A stretch of 64,000 nucleotides of DNA from Alphaproteobacteria bacterium (GCA_964291415.2 OZ219918.1:1184001-1248000); one strand, 5' to 3'; numbered from the stretch's first letter, positions 47,305-58,082 are shown. The notes: generated by a model not told the origin, from the sequence alone. Numbers and translations are program-made.

Positions 47305-47984
47305 AGAGCGCCACGCTCACGGCCCTCAACGAGGCTCGAAAGAAGCGGGAGGGCGTCATTCACGCGACCTGGCTCGACAGCGGCGAATCATGGCTGATCT
47401 GCCGCGACGATGCTCCTGATGCCGACCTGGCCCGGGACGTTGGCCAGGCGTTCCGGCTCGATCAATCCCGGACGCTGGAGGTGAAGGGCCGACCACTCTT
47501 CCTCCATGTCTTCAATCCGCCCGTGCGGCTGATCATCGTCGGTGCCGTTCATGTGGCGCAGCCGTTGGCGGTCCTTGCCGGAACAACGGGTATCGACCCT
47601 GTGATCGTCGATCCCCGTCGCGCCTGGGCCGATGTCGGGCGATTCCCCGATGTACGCGTGATCGAGGCCTGGCCGGACGATGCACTGGCGCAACTGAAGC
47701 CGGACCACCGCACGGCCGTGGCCGCACTGACCCACGATCCCCGCATCGATGATCCGGCACTGATCGCCGCGCTCAATTCGCCGGCCTTCTACATCGGCGC
47801 CCTGGGCAGCCGGCGCAGCCATGCAAGGCGCCTGGAACGCCTCGCGGATGAGGGACTTGACGGCCTTGCCATGGCGCGAATTCACGGGCCCGTCGGTCTC
47901 GACATCGGGGCGCGATCGGCAGAGGAGATCGCGCTTTCGATCATGGCGGAAGTCGTCGCCGCCCGGAACGGAAAACTGCCGTGA
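47301..47984 (+). CDS. XdhC/CoxF Rossmann domain protein
   Basis: IVGAVHVAQ, LTHDPRIDD, YIGALGS, GPVGLDIGA. Confidence 0.9.
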   Translation: MKSATLTALNEARKKREGVIHATWLDSGESWLICRDDAPDADLARDVGQAFRLDQSRTLEVKGRPLFLHVFNPPVRLIIVGAVHVAQPLAVLAGTTGIDPVIVDPRRAWADVGRFPDVRVIEAWPDDALAQLKPDHRTAVAALTHDPRIDDPALIAALNSPAFYIGALGSRRSHARRLERLADEGLDGLAMARIHGPVGLDIGARSAEEIALSIMAEVVAARNGKLP

Positions 47985-49606
47985 GATTCGCAGACAAGCC
48001 GGTGCTCGACGCGCTGGGCGGGATTCTTGCCCACAGCGTCACGATTGAAGGGCGTACCGTGAGGAAGGGGCGCCGCCTTGACGAGGCGCTCGCCGACGAA
48101 CTTCTGGCAGCCGGCGTCACGTCGCTCTACGTCGCCATGCTCGACACCGGTGATGTCCTGGAGGATGAAGCGGCAACCAGGGTCGCAGAGGCCCTTGCGG
48201 GGTCCCATCTTCTGGTGCAAGCCGCGTCAAGGGGCCGGGTCGACATTGTCGCCCGAAGGCCAGGTCTTGTGGTGATCGACACCGTTGTGCTGGAGGCCGT
48301 GAACGGTGTCGATGAAGCGGTGACGGTTGCCACGTTGCCCGGCTTCGAACCGGTGGGTGAGGGCGAGAGGGTGGCGACCATCAAGATCATTCCCTTCGCC
48401 GTGCCATCGGCCACCGTTGCGGCCTGCGTCGGCCTGGTCGAAGCGCCGGCACTCGCGATCGCCCCCTTCGCCGCCTGGCGCACAGGCCTCGTCATGACCA
48501 CCTCGCCGGCGGTGAAGTCCCGGGTTCTCGACCGCACCCAGAGTGTGGTGACCGCGAGAATCGAGGGATTCGGACTGTGCCTCGGCGACAGCGTCAGGAC
48601 CCCGCACCGGACTCCGGACCTCGCGGACACCATCACCCGCATGGCCACGAGCCACGATGTCGTTCTCGTCTACGGCGCCTCTGCCATCTCGGACCGCAGG
48701 GATGTCATCCCGGCCGCGATTGAGACCGCGGGGGGTGTGGTCGATCATCTCGGCATGCCGGTCGATCCTGGCAATCTCCTGCTTCTCGCCCACATCGGAA
48801 GCACCCGTGTTCTCGGTCTTCCGGGGTGTGCCAGGTCGCCGCAGCCCAATGGACTCGATCTCGTTCTGGGGCGGCTCGCCGCAGGAATCCACGTGACCGG
48901 CGCGGACATCCAGGCCATGGGTGTCGGCGGCCTCCTCAAGGGACGGCCTTCGGGTGTCCTTCCCGTGGCGGGAAGCCGCAAGGGAATGCCGGCTGCGATC
49001 GTCCTGGCGGCGGGCCGCAGCCGGCGCATGGGCGGGCACAACAAGCTCCTGATGACGATCGATGGTGTGCCCATGATCCGTCACGTGGTGAACGCGCTTC
49101 TTGCGGCCGGAATTGCGGTCATTCGGGTCGTGACCGGCCATCAGGCCTCCGCCGTGCGTGCGGCCCTGGAGGGCTGTGCCGTCTCGTTTGTCGACAACAG
49201 CGAGCACGAAGCGGGGCTCAGCACGTCACTGAAGGCGGGACTCGATGCGCTCCCCGCCTCCTGCGGAGCCGCACTCGTCTGCCTGGGCGACATGCCGGCT
49301 GTCGCTGGTCCGGCGTTGCGTTCCCTTGTCCGTGCATGGCAGGGTTCGAAGGCCAAGGCGATCGTTGTGCCGACGTGGAATGGCCGCCGGGGCAATCCCG
49401 TTCTGTGGGACAGCAGCTTCTTCCAGGCGATGCGCAGGGTGACGGGCGACGCCGGCGCCAGGCACCTGATCGGCGAGTACGCCGACTACGTGATCGAGGT
49501 GGCGATGGACGACGGAGCCGTTCTGGTGGATATCGACACGCCGGAAGACGCAAGCGGTCTCGTCATGGCCGACGGCGAGGCAGATCGGGGGAAGCGCGAA
49601 CGATGA
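47981..49606 (+). CDS. Molybdopterin-binding / MocA cytidylyltransferase fusion
   Basis: GMPVDPGNLL, LPGCARSP, VLAAGRSRRMG..NKL, LGDMP, GNPVLW, DIDTPED. Confidence 0.9.
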   Translation: MRFADKPVLDALGGILAHSVTIEGRTVRKGRRLDEALADELLAAGVTSLYVAMLDTGDVLEDEAATRVAEALAGSHLLVQAASRGRVDIVARRPGLVVIDTVVLEAVNGVDEAVTVATLPGFEPVGEGERVATIKIIPFAVPSATVAACVGLVEAPALAIAPFAAWRTGLVMTTSPAVKSRVLDRTQSVVTARIEGFGLCLGDSVRTPHRTPDLADTITRMATSHDVVLVYGASAISDRRDVIPAAIETAGGVVDHLGMPVDPGNLLLLAHIGSTRVLGLPGCARSPQPNGLDLVLGRLAAGIHVTGADIQAMGVGGLLKGRPSGVLPVAGSRKGMPAAIVLAAGRSRRMGGHNKLLMTIDGVPMIRHVVNALLAAGIAVIRVVTGHQASAVRAALEGCAVSFVDNSEHEAGLSTSLKAGLDALPASCGAALVCLGDMPAVAGPALRSLVRAWQGSKAKAIVVPTWNGRRGNPVLWDSSFFQAMRRVTGDAGARHLIGEYADYVIEVAMDDGAVLVDIDTPEDASGLVMADGEADRGKRER

Positions 49607-50832
49607 GCGTGACGATCGACTCCATCAACCAGGCCTCACGCGTGATTGCGGGACATGTCGTCAGGACGCCCTGTGTCCAATCGCGCACGTTGTCGACAAT
49701 GAGCGGAGCCGACGTCTTCGTGAAATTCGAGAACCAGCAGTTCACGGCATCCTTCAAGGACCGCGGCGCCCTGGTGAAGATCGCCTCGCTCGGAGATGAG
49801 GAACGCTCCCGCGGCGTCATTGCGATGTCAGCCGGCAATCATGCCCAGTCCGTTGCCTACCATGCCCAGCGCCTGGGCATTCCGGCGACCATCGTCATGC
49901 CAGTCGGGGCGTCGGTGGTAAAGGTCCGGAACACCGAGCGCTTTGGCGCCCGGGTCATCCTGACCGGCGAGACCATTGATGATGCGGCGGTGTCCGCCCA
50001 TCTCATGGCGGCCGATGAGAATCTCGTCTTTGTCCATCCCTATCATGATGATCACGTCATGGCAGGGCAGGGGACCCTTGCCCTCGAGATGCTCGAGGAC
50101 GCACCGGATCTCGATGTCATCATCGTCCCGATCGGTGGCGGAGGGCTGATCGGCGGAATCGCCGTTGCCGCCAGGGCCATCCGTCCGGAGGTGGAGATCG
50201 TCGGTGTCGAAGCCGAGATGTTTCCCTCGATGTACCAGCAGCTCAGGGGAATGGAGGTGAAGGCGGGAGGCCGCACAATCGCTGACGGCATTGCGGTGAA
50301 GACGCCCGGAAAGAATGCCATTCCCATCGTCCGGGATCTCGTGTCGGACATTGTCCTGGTGAGCGAAAGCCAGCTTGAACATGCCGTCCAGACCTATCTG
50401 GAAATCGAAAAGACGGTGGCGGAAGGCGGAGGGGCTGCGCCGCTTGCCTGCCTTCTCGCCTGGCCCGAGCGCTTCCGCGGGCGCAAGGTGGGCCTTGTCC
50501 TGTCGGGAGGCAACATCGACAGCCGGGTGCTGTCGATGGTGATCGAGCACGGTCTCGTGCGAGACGGCCGCATGGTCCGTCTCGGCCTGGAGATTCCTGA
50601 TGCACCGGGTGTGCTGGGCAGAGTGTCCGCCATCATCGGCGAAACCGGAGCGAACATCATCGAAGTGCATCACCAGAGGGCGTTCTCCAATCTCTCGGTC
50701 AAGCTTGCCGATCTCGATATCGTTCTTGAAACCCTCGACCGGGATCACATCAGTCGGATTGCAGAACGTCTGCTGGAGGCCGGATTCCGCGTCCAGCCCG
50801 TTGAACCCGTCTCCGGCTCGAGAACGGTCTGA
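49603..50832 (+). CDS. ilvA: Threonine ammonia-lyase with ACT domain
   Basis: KFENQQFTASFKDRGA, SAGNHAQ, PIGGGGL, LSGGNID. Confidence 0.92.
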   Translation: MSVTIDSINQASRVIAGHVVRTPCVQSRTLSTMSGADVFVKFENQQFTASFKDRGALVKIASLGDEERSRGVIAMSAGNHAQSVAYHAQRLGIPATIVMPVGASVVKVRNTERFGARVILTGETIDDAAVSAHLMAADENLVFVHPYHDDHVMAGQGTLALEMLEDAPDLDVIIVPIGGGGLIGGIAVAARAIRPEVEIVGVEAEMFPSMYQQLRGMEVKAGGRTIADGIAVKTPGKNAIPIVRDLVSDIVLVSESQLEHAVQTYLEIEKTVAEGGGAAPLACLLAWPERFRGRKVGLVLSGGNIDSRVLSMVIEHGLVRDGRMVRLGLEIPDAPGVLGRVSAIIGETGANIIEVHHQRAFSNLSVKLADLDIVLETLDRDHISRIAERLLEAGFRVQPVEPVSGSRTV

Positions 50833-50920
50833 CACCGTGGGGGCCGCTATGCGCCGGCCGGGGAATCGGCTATGTGTCTCCGGGCCACGGGGGGGTGACT
50901 GATGTTGAAGGGCGTGTGCC

Positions 50921-51667
50921 ATGAGTGGCAGTAGGGATCGTGTTCGGCGCAAGGTGATCTGTGTCGTTCACGGTGAATGGTCAACCACAGGTCGCATCGG
51001 TCGAGTCCTTCGTGAAGGGGGCTACGAGGAGGTGCGCTGCTGTCTGAAAACCGGCGATGTACTTCCCCGGAACGTCCACGAAATCGCCGGCGCCATCATC
51101 TTCGGCGGCCCGATGAGCGCCAATGATGACGGCACGTTGGACTTTATCGCCGCCGAATTGCGCTGGATCGACCGGGTCCTCGAGGCGGGCACGCCGTTCT
51201 TCGGGGTCTGTCTTGGAGCCCAGATGCTCGCCCGCAGCCTCGGTGCTGCCGTGAAGCCGCACGAGGACGGTTGGCACGAGATCGGATTCACGCAGCTGGT
51301 TCCCACGCAATCCGGACGGTCGGTGCTGGGTGATTTGCGCCATGTCTACCAGTGGCACGGGGAGGGTTTCGATCTTCCCCGGGGATGCGAACTTCTCGCC
51401 ACGAGTGTGACAGAACACTTCCCCAACCAGATGTTCTCCTGCGGCCCGAGCGTCTACGGCGTGCAGTTTCACCCCGAATGCACCATCGACATGATCGGCG
51501 AGTGGATGAAGGAGGGAGCGGAGGATCTCGACGAGCGGGGCGCCCAGCAGCCTGAAGAGCAGCTCGCCGACGCCGGCAGGTACGATCACCTGGTCGACGC
51601 GTGGCTGCCGGGCTTCTTCGAACACTGGCTCGGCGCTGCCAACTCCGGGAGGATGGCGGCCGAATAG
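50921..51667 (+). CDS. Class I glutamine amidotransferase
   Basis: GGPMSAND, GVCLGAQ, QWHGEGF, QFHPE. Confidence 0.9.
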   Translation: MSGSRDRVRRKVICVVHGEWSTTGRIGRVLREGGYEEVRCCLKTGDVLPRNVHEIAGAIIFGGPMSANDDGTLDFIAAELRWIDRVLEAGTPFFGVCLGAQMLARSLGAAVKPHEDGWHEIGFTQLVPTQSGRSVLGDLRHVYQWHGEGFDLPRGCELLATSVTEHFPNQMFSCGPSVYGVQFHPECTIDMIGEWMKEGAEDLDERGAQQPEEQLADAGRYDHLVDAWLPGFFEHWLGAANSGRMAAE

Positions 51668-51670
51668 GTG

Positions 51671-52279
51671 TCAGGCCTGCTCCCTGAGAGCCGCTTCCAG
51701 GAGGACAAGCCGGTCGTTGCCCCAGAACATCTGTTCACCGAGGAAGAATGTCGGTACTCCGAATGTCCGGCGCTCAGCAGCCTCGGCGACTCTCGCTTCC
51801 ATCTCGTCGCCGAGGCTGCCGCTTGCCAGATCGCTCCGAAACCTCCCGACATCGAGGCCGCAGGCTCCGGCCGCCTGTTCAAAATCTTCCTGGGCCAGCT
51901 TCTCGCCGGGAGTGATGAAGATGAGCGACATCACCGCCCTGGACATGGACTCCACGGCGCCCTGGCGTTCGCCGGCCAGGCAGGCGAGCGCGGCCTTCCG
52001 GGCATCGAACGTCAGGCGGTCGACCGGTTCGAGGTACTTGACGCCGTAATGGCGGGCCCACGCCGCCGCGTCCTGCTTGCGGTACTCCCAGTCGTACTGA
52101 CCCGCCCCGCCCTTGAAGGGATCCTCCCCCTTGTGGCCGGCGGAAATGAGCAGGCCGCTCTGCAACGGCAGCCAGCGGAAGCGGCACCCGGTCTCGCGTT
52201 CGATGCGCGCCAGCTGCGTGGAGGCGAGATAGGAGTAGCGGCTGCCCGGACCGAAGTAGAAATCGACCTCTTGGGTCAT
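51671..52279 (-). CDS. 2-hydroxychromene-2-carboxylate isomerase / kappa-GST (DsbA fold)
   Basis: DFYFGPGSRYSYLA, FGVPTF, FWGNDR. Confidence 0.88.
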   Translation of the reverse strand: MTQEVDFYFGPGSRYSYLASTQLARIERETGCRFRWLPLQSGLLISAGHKGEDPFKGGAGQYDWEYRKQDAAAWARHYGVKYLEPVDRLTFDARKAALACLAGERQGAVESMSRAVMSLIFITPGEKLAQEDFEQAAGACGLDVGRFRSDLASGSLGDEMEARVAEAAERRTFGVPTFFLGEQMFWGNDRLVLLEAALREQA

Positions 52280-53427
52280 TCGGCGGCCTGAGGCACGGGC
52301 AGGGGGCCACCTTCCATGGCCTGCATGACGAGCCTGTGGAAATGGTGCACCGCGTGCTCGCTGATGTGGCTGCGGCCGCTGTCGACGATGAACCGGCCGC
52401 GGTCGTAGCCACGCGACTTCAGGCCCGCATGGACACTCTCGCAAAGAGCGATGTCCTCAGGCTGAAGCACGTCGACCACGTAGTCGATCGCCGCCTCGGA
52501 CTGATGGGTCAGCGCGCCGCCCAGCGAGTGCCAGTGCAGATGCTCGACGCAGCCTTCGGGTCCGTCGGGGAGCATCTGGAGAGTCATGAGATTGGGTTCG
52601 CCCGGCATCAGCCAGATCGTCAGGTTCGGCCACACGAAGTAGCCGGCGTAGCCGAAATCGACGTCGCCGGTTTCGAAATCGTAGGCCGTGCTCCTGTTCG
52701 AGCGTGGCTTGTCCGATGTCTGCGCCGACCAGTACTGGTGCGTGCGATTGCGGTAGGTGGGCATCTCGACCATGTCGACGAAGGCCGGATGCGCCGGTTC
52801 GCAGTGGTAACACTCCTGGAAGTTGTCGATGACCACCTTCCAGTTGGCCTTCAGCGCGAAGTCCCGTTGGCACGCCGGCTCGAGAGATGCGGCCCGGGGC
52901 ATCCAGCGTAGAATGTCGTCCTCGAGGCCGGCATACTGTTCGCCGAACGGGATGGCTTCAGCGTCGAGATTGACGAAGACGAGGCCAAGCATCGTGTCGA
53001 CCCTGACCTGTTGAAGTGAAAACGCCGACTTGTCGAAATCGCGGACATTCTCGCAGCCGCGCGCCGTCCTCAAGGACCCGTCGAGATTGTAGGCCCAGGC
53101 GTGGTAAGGGCATGTCATGACGGGCCCCAGAGTGCCGCTGCCTTTGAGGACACGGTGCGCCCGGTGCTGGCAGACATTGTAAAAGCAGCGCAGGACGCCG
53201 TCACGCCCCCTGACGAGAGCGAGGCTCTCGTCGGCGATCTCCACCACCCGATAGCTGCCAGGTGCCCTGAGCGTGCTTTCGTGTCCGGCAAAGAGCCATG
53301 AGCGGGCGAAGATTCGCTCCTTTTCCTCCTCGAAGATCAAGGGATCGGTGTAGTAGCGCGAGGCCATCGTGAAGGAACGGGAGGGGTCGTCGTGGAGACC
53401 TCCCGGAAGAGCGTCATGAAGTGTCAT
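52276..53427 (-). CDS. Rieske non-heme iron oxygenase alpha subunit (CntA/choline monooxygenase-like)
   Basis: NVCQHR and CPYHAW Rieske ligands; NFQECYHCEPAH; EDIALCE. Confidence 0.9.
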   Translation of the reverse strand: MTLHDALPGGLHDDPSRSFTMASRYYTDPLIFEEEKERIFARSWLFAGHESTLRAPGSYRVVEIADESLALVRGRDGVLRCFYNVCQHRAHRVLKGSGTLGPVMTCPYHAWAYNLDGSLRTARGCENVRDFDKSAFSLQQVRVDTMLGLVFVNLDAEAIPFGEQYAGLEDDILRWMPRAASLEPACQRDFALKANWKVVIDNFQECYHCEPAHPAFVDMVEMPTYRNRTHQYWSAQTSDKPRSNRSTAYDFETGDVDFGYAGYFVWPNLTIWLMPGEPNLMTLQMLPDGPEGCVEHLHWHSLGGALTHQSEAAIDYVVDVLQPEDIALCESVHAGLKSRGYDRGRFIVDSGRSHISEHAVHHFHRLVMQAMEGGPLPVPQAAE

Positions 53428-53706
53428 CGTGGCAGTCCGCTGACCATGCGATATCGCCGCACCATATGAACGCCTCCCGACGAATTCAATCGAGATGTGT
53501 CACACAGACTCTCAAGATTTTCTCAATGAACGTCCGCCCTACGCGCTCTCCATCTGCGTCGGCTTCCATTTGGCGCACCAGGCCCGGGCCGCCGGAGGTC
53601 ACCGCCGCTTCGCAACGGGTCGGCATGGGATCCGGTGCGTCCAGCGCCTTGTCGAGCCAGGCGGGGACGCGTTTCATGGCGTGCCGGAACCGCGCGGATA
53701 TGCGCG

Positions 53707-54942
53707 TCAGGCGGTTTCCGCTGGGGTGAGGTGGAAGCCGCGCTCCTGGACGAAACTCCCGAATTCCTCCTGTGTCATGAGGGCAAACCCGGAGCGCCGG
53801 GACATGTGCTCGCGTACCGCCGACACGATCTCCGCGACGGTTTGCCCGTTCGCGGACCAGCCGAGGACCGAGAGGTTGTAGAGGACCGTGAATTCGTTGC
53901 AGCGCCGGCCGATCGACAGGTGGTGGCGGTTGCCGACCAGCCGGGGCGGGTAGATCAGGGCTTCCTCGAATCTCCCCTCCTGGTGAAGCTCCCAGTAGAC
54001 CTGCTGAATCTCCTCGGTCTCAGGAATCGCGAAGGCCGAATCGCCCACGACCGGCTTCTGCCGGGGGATCGCGAGGCCAATCGAACGGGAAACGAGTTCA
54101 GAGAGCTCCTTCAGGGACGAAAGGTCGATGCCGGTGGAAACGCCGATGTGCATCTCGGCCGCCACGGCGAACTCCTCGAGCGGAACAAGGCCCGTGAATT
54201 CCCCCACACCGTTCACCGTGGTCTGGATGGTCGAGGCGCCCGCCAGGACGGCCGCCATGGCGTTGACGACGGCCATGGAGGAATGGTTGTGCAAGTGAAC
54301 CTGCAACGGACGGTCGGTCCATGCGGCGACGAGCCCGACGAGATGGTGGAGGCCCCATGGCGAGATCGTGCCGACGGAGTCGCCGATGGTGAACTCGTCG
54401 CAATGCGGTGTGAGTTCCCTGATCAGCCGTTCCAGGAATTCCGGTCGTGTGCGCGTTGCGTCCATGCACATCAGGCACGTGTGCATGCCTTGCGCCCTGG
54501 CATGGTCGGTCAGGCTGCGGGCGAGGTCGATGATGTCGGCGCCGGACTTACCCTGAGGCACAAGGGCGTCGTTGACTCCCACCAGAATGTCGATGTCGGA
54601 GAGGCCGGTTTGCCGGGCGATGTCGATCTCCTGGGCTGTCTTGACGAAGGAACTCAGGCGGACGGGCAGGTCGAGGGCGACGATCTTCTCCGCGCAGCGG
54701 ATGTCGTCGTCGGACGGCAGGGGCGAGTTGCCGAGAATGGACATGCGGCCGACACCGGCGCCGGCGAGTTTGCGGGCAATGGCGATGCGGTCGGCTTCGC
54801 TCAGGTATGCTCCCGCCATTTCCTCGCCGTCGCCCTCAAGCGTGAGGTCGTGGATGGCGACGTTCTTCGGCCTGTCGGGTTTCTGCAACTGTGGAGCGAG
54901 CCAGTTGTAGGGACTGGCGTAGGGTGTGAGCGTGGGCATCAT
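53707..54942 (-). CDS. Divergent DRE-TIM metallolyase (isopropylmalate/homocitrate synthase-like)
   Basis: HDLTLEGDGEE, DATRT, DSVG, VHLHNH, TVNGVGE, KPVVGDSAF. Confidence 0.78.
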   Translation of the reverse strand: MMPTLTPYASPYNWLAPQLQKPDRPKNVAIHDLTLEGDGEEMAGAYLSEADRIAIARKLAGAGVGRMSILGNSPLPSDDDIRCAEKIVALDLPVRLSSFVKTAQEIDIARQTGLSDIDILVGVNDALVPQGKSGADIIDLARSLTDHARAQGMHTCLMCMDATRTRPEFLERLIRELTPHCDEFTIGDSVGTISPWGLHHLVGLVAAWTDRPLQVHLHNHSSMAVVNAMAAVLAGASTIQTTVNGVGEFTGLVPLEEFAVAAEMHIGVSTGIDLSSLKELSELVSRSIGLAIPRQKPVVGDSAFAIPETEEIQQVYWELHQEGRFEEALIYPPRLVGNRHHLSIGRRCNEFTVLYNLSVLGWSANGQTVAEIVSAVREHMSRRSGFALMTQEEFGSFVQERGFHLTPAETA

Positions 54943-54975
54943 CCGATCTCCCAGGGTTCTGTTCCGCCGGTATCT

Positions 54976-55782
54976 TCAACAGGAGGCAAACGCGGTGAAG
55001 GACGTCCGCTTGAGGTAGCGATCCAGGAACTGCCGGGATCGCTGTTCCCTGGGACTCGAGAGGAAGTCGGCCGGCGCGCCTTCCTCGATGATCGAGCCTT
55101 CGTCCATGAACACGATGCGGTCCGCCGCCTCGCTCGCGAAGCCGATCTCGTGGGTCACCACGATCATGGTTGTGCGCTGCTCCGCGAGCGCCCGCATGAC
55201 GTCGAGGACCTCCCCGACGAGTTCCGGATCAAGTGCGCTCGTGGGTTCGTCGAACAGGAGGATTTCAGGCTCCATGGCAAGCGCGCGGGCGATGGCGACG
55301 CGCTGTTGCTGGCCGCCGGAAAGCTTGGCGGGATAGCTTGTCGCCTTGTCCTGCAGTCCGACCCGGTCGAGCAGGACTTCGGCCCGCTCGCGGGCCTCAT
55401 TCCTGGAGAGGCCCCGGACGATCATCGGTCCCTCCATGACATTGCCGATCGCCGTCCTGTGAGGCCACAGGTTGAAGGATTGGAAGACCATGCCGATCCG
55501 GCTGCGCTGCCGTCTCAATCGGGCATCGCCCAGTGGCCTCGGGGTGCCGTTGGCATCCCTTTCCATGCCGAGCATTTCATCACCGATCCATACCGTTCCC
55601 GAGGTCGGCGGCGACAACCAGTTCAGGCAGCGCAACAGGGTGGACTTGCCTGAGCCCGAAGGACCCAGGACGCAGACGACCTCGCCCTTGGCCACCTCGA
55701 GGCTGATGTCACTGAGGACCTCGAGATCCCCGAAAGTCTTGACCAGGTGTTCGGCGCGAATGGCGGGCACGTTCTTCGTCAT
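54976..55782 (-). CDS. Polar amino acid ABC ATP-binding protein
   Basis: [37 protein letters not shown]. Confidence 0.93.
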   Translation of the reverse strand: MTKNVPAIRAEHLVKTFGDLEVLSDISLEVAKGEVVCVLGPSGSGKSTLLRCLNWLSPPTSGTVWIGDEMLGMERDANGTPRPLGDARLRRQRSRIGMVFQSFNLWPHRTAIGNVMEGPMIVRGLSRNEARERAEVLLDRVGLQDKATSYPAKLSGGQQQRVAIARALAMEPEILLFDEPTSALDPELVGEVLDVMRALAEQRTTMIVVTHEIGFASEAADRIVFMDEGSIIEEGAPADFLSSPREQRSRQFLDRYLKRTSFTAFASC

Positions 55783-55792
55783 GGTGGCGCTC

Positions 55793-56452
55793 TTACCTCG
55801 CTTCACGGTAGCGGGTCACGCGACGTTCCAGAGACCGCATGCCGTTCTCCCAAACGCAGAGGATGGTCCAGTAACAGATGGCGGCAAATGTCCAAAACTC
55901 GAACGGGGCATAGGTCCGGGCAACGACCTGCTTGGTCTCGAAAGCGAATTCGTGCACCGAGATGATCGACAGGATCGCCGAATCCTTGACGAGGCCGATG
56001 GAGATGCCGGTGAGCGGAGGGATGATGAGGCCCAGGGCCTGCGGCACGGTGATCCTACGCGCCGCCTGCAGGCGGGACATGCCGACCGAGCGCGCGGCTT
56101 CCAGCTGTCCTGAGGGAATGGCGTCGATGGCGCCGCGCATGATTTCGGCCATGTAGGGCGAATAGTAGAGCGTCAGGGTGAGAAGGCCCGCCGCCAGTTC
56201 CGAAAGCCTGAGGCCGATGTCCGGGAGAACGAAGTAGATCACGTAGAGCAGCACGAGTATCGGGATGCCCAGGATGATCTCCGTATAGATGCGAACGATG
56301 ACGGCGAGCGGCCGGATGCCGGAGCGCTGCATCGCGACCAAGACGGCTCCGGTGACAATGGAAAGCAGGATGCCGGCCGCGGAGATGATGATGGTGACCT
56401 TGAGGCCCTCCAGCAGGAGCGGCGCATACTTCAGAATCTGTTCGAGATCCAT
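55793..56452 (-). CDS. Polar amino acid ABC permease
   Basis: [31 protein letters not shown]. Confidence 0.92.
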   Translation of the reverse strand: MDLEQILKYAPLLLEGLKVTIIISAAGILLSIVTGAVLVAMQRSGIRPLAVIVRIYTEIILGIPILVLLYVIYFVLPDIGLRLSELAAGLLTLTLYYSPYMAEIMRGAIDAIPSGQLEAARSVGMSRLQAARRITVPQALGLIIPPLTGISIGLVKDSAILSIISVHEFAFETKQVVARTYAPFEFWTFAAICYWTILCVWENGMRSLERRVTRYREAR

Positions 56453-56467
56453 GCCGGGCGTCCTCCT

Positions 56468-57124
56468 TCAGGTGTGGAGCAGCCGGAAGCGGCGTTCCAG
56501 CCACCGGGAGACCTGGGTGAAGGAGAGGGCAATGAGGACGTAGCCCACCGCGATCGGGAGGAAAATCTCGACGGCGCTGAACGCTCTTGCCTGGATGACG
56601 ACGCCTGCGTAGGTGAGTTCGGTCACCGCCACCACCGAAGCAAGCGGTGTCGACTTCAGGACGATCGTGAACTCGCTGGTTAGAGCCGGCAGGCTGACCA
56701 CGAACGCCTGCGGCAGGATGACCCGGAACCAGATCTGCCGGGTCGACATACCCATGGCCCGTGCCGCCTCGATCTGTCCCTCGGGCACATTCTGGACAGC
56801 CGCTCTGAGGATTTCCGTCGTATAGGCTCCGCTGTTCAGTCCGATCGCCACAGCCGCGGCGAGGAAGGCCTGTCCCTTGATGCCCAGCAGGGGCAGGCCG
56901 AAGAAGACGACGAAGAGCTGCACCAGAAGGGGCGTGCCGCGCATGATGCTGACATAAGTCCGGCTGAGCCAGTAGCCGCCCGGGATCTTCGACAGCTGGA
57001 GCATCACCGAAATCGTGCCGAACAGCAGACTCAGAATGACACTGCAGACGGTCAGTTCCACAGTGACGATCGCTGCCGATGCAAGAATGGGTACGGATTC
57101 GTAGAAAAGGTCGAGATTGAACAT
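56468..57124 (-). CDS. Polar amino acid ABC permease
   Basis: RGTPLLVQL, EILRAA..GQIEAARAMGM, ILPQA. Confidence 0.92.
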   Translation of the reverse strand: MFNLDLFYESVPILASAAIVTVELTVCSVILSLLFGTISVMLQLSKIPGGYWLSRTYVSIMRGTPLLVQLFVVFFGLPLLGIKGQAFLAAAVAIGLNSGAYTTEILRAAVQNVPEGQIEAARAMGMSTRQIWFRVILPQAFVVSLPALTSEFTIVLKSTPLASVVAVTELTYAGVVIQARAFSAVEIFLPIAVGYVLIALSFTQVSRWLERRFRLLHT

Positions 57125-57151
57125 GTGCTTCCAGGCACCGGGAAGGGATAC

Positions 57152-57181
57152 GCAGGGGCCGCGGCAGGCCGCCGCCCCTGC
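57152..57181. other. GC hairpin between SBP and permease
   Basis: GCAGGGGC..GCGGC/GCCGC.CCCTGC imperfect inverted repeat. Confidence 0.4.
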
Positions 57182-57230
57182 GCCGGTTGCTTTGCGGTCC
57201 GGTCAGATGATCAGCCGACCGGGCAGGGAT

Positions 57231-58082
57231 CTAACCTTCGGGAATGAAATTCTCTTCGGGAAGATTGTCGATCCGGAAGCCGAAGTGTTTCTCCTGAAGC
57301 TCGCCCATCTTGCCGCTGGCCTTGAGTTTCTTGAGGGCATCGTTGAGCGCCGCGTTGAGCTTCGGATCATCCTTGTTGGTACCCCAGCCGATCACCGCCT
57401 TCGTGCCGATCTCACCGACGACTTCCATCTCGATGTCCGGGCGGCTGGCCATGGCCTTGTGGAGAACGACGATGTCGTCGACGACGCAATCGACCCTTCC
57501 GTCGACCAGGGCGGCGATGGTCTGCTCCACGGTGTCGAAACTCAGGAGCTCCACCTCGTCCATGCCTGCGGCCGACAGTTTCTCGTTCATCGATTGCATC
57601 ATCTGCTCGGGTTGCGTCGTCTGCTTGACGGCGCATCTGTTGCCGGAAAGGTCATTGATGTTGCTGTTCGTGACATTGGCGTTGCCCTTGGTTGTCAGTA
57701 TCGCGTTCACGGTCGACGTGATGGGTATCGTGAAGTCGATCTTCTGGGCACGCTCGGCGGTGATGTTCAGCGCCGTGGCGGTGAAATCGAACGATCCGGC
57801 GATGAGGCCGGGAATGACGCCGCTGAAGGCCATGACCTGGTAGTCGATCTCGACACCCCAATCCTCGGCAATGGCTTCGAGCAGCTCGGGATCGTAGCCG
57901 ATGATATTGCCCTCCGAATCAGTGTATTCGAAGGGTGCGAAGGTCGGATCGATGGCAACGATCATGCTGCCTCGCTCCATGATGTCGTCGAGGGCATCGG
58001 CCTCGGCGGGCGCCAGTCCGGCGTTCATGCCGAGCACGATGACGGCAGCAGCCGTCGACGTGATAATGTGTCTTGTGTCCAT
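57231..58082 (-). CDS. Polar amino acid ABC substrate-binding protein (family 3)
   Basis: Signal peptide, FAPFEY, GYDPEL, ITAERAQKIDFT, GRVDCVV. Confidence 0.92.
   Translation of the reverse strand: MDTRHIITSTAAAVIVLGMNAGLAPAEADALDDIMERGSMIVAIDPTFAPFEYTDSEGNIIGYDPELLEAIAEDWGVEIDYQVMAFSGVIPGLIAGSFDFTATALNITAERAQKIDFTIPITSTVNAILTTKGNANVTNSNINDLSGNRCAVKQTTQPEQMMQSMNEKLSAAGMDEVELLSFDTVEQTIAALVDGRVDCVVDDIVVLHKAMASRPDIEMEVVGEIGTKAVIGWGTNKDDPKLNAALNDALKKLKASGKMGELQEKHFGFRIDNLPEENFIPEG

Noticed and set aside
53635-55653. Long antisense ORFs (e.g. 672 aa here, 41386-43398, 37318-39072, 10261-11850)
   Set aside because: Shadow frames opposite well-supported genes in GC-rich DNA; no family motifs.
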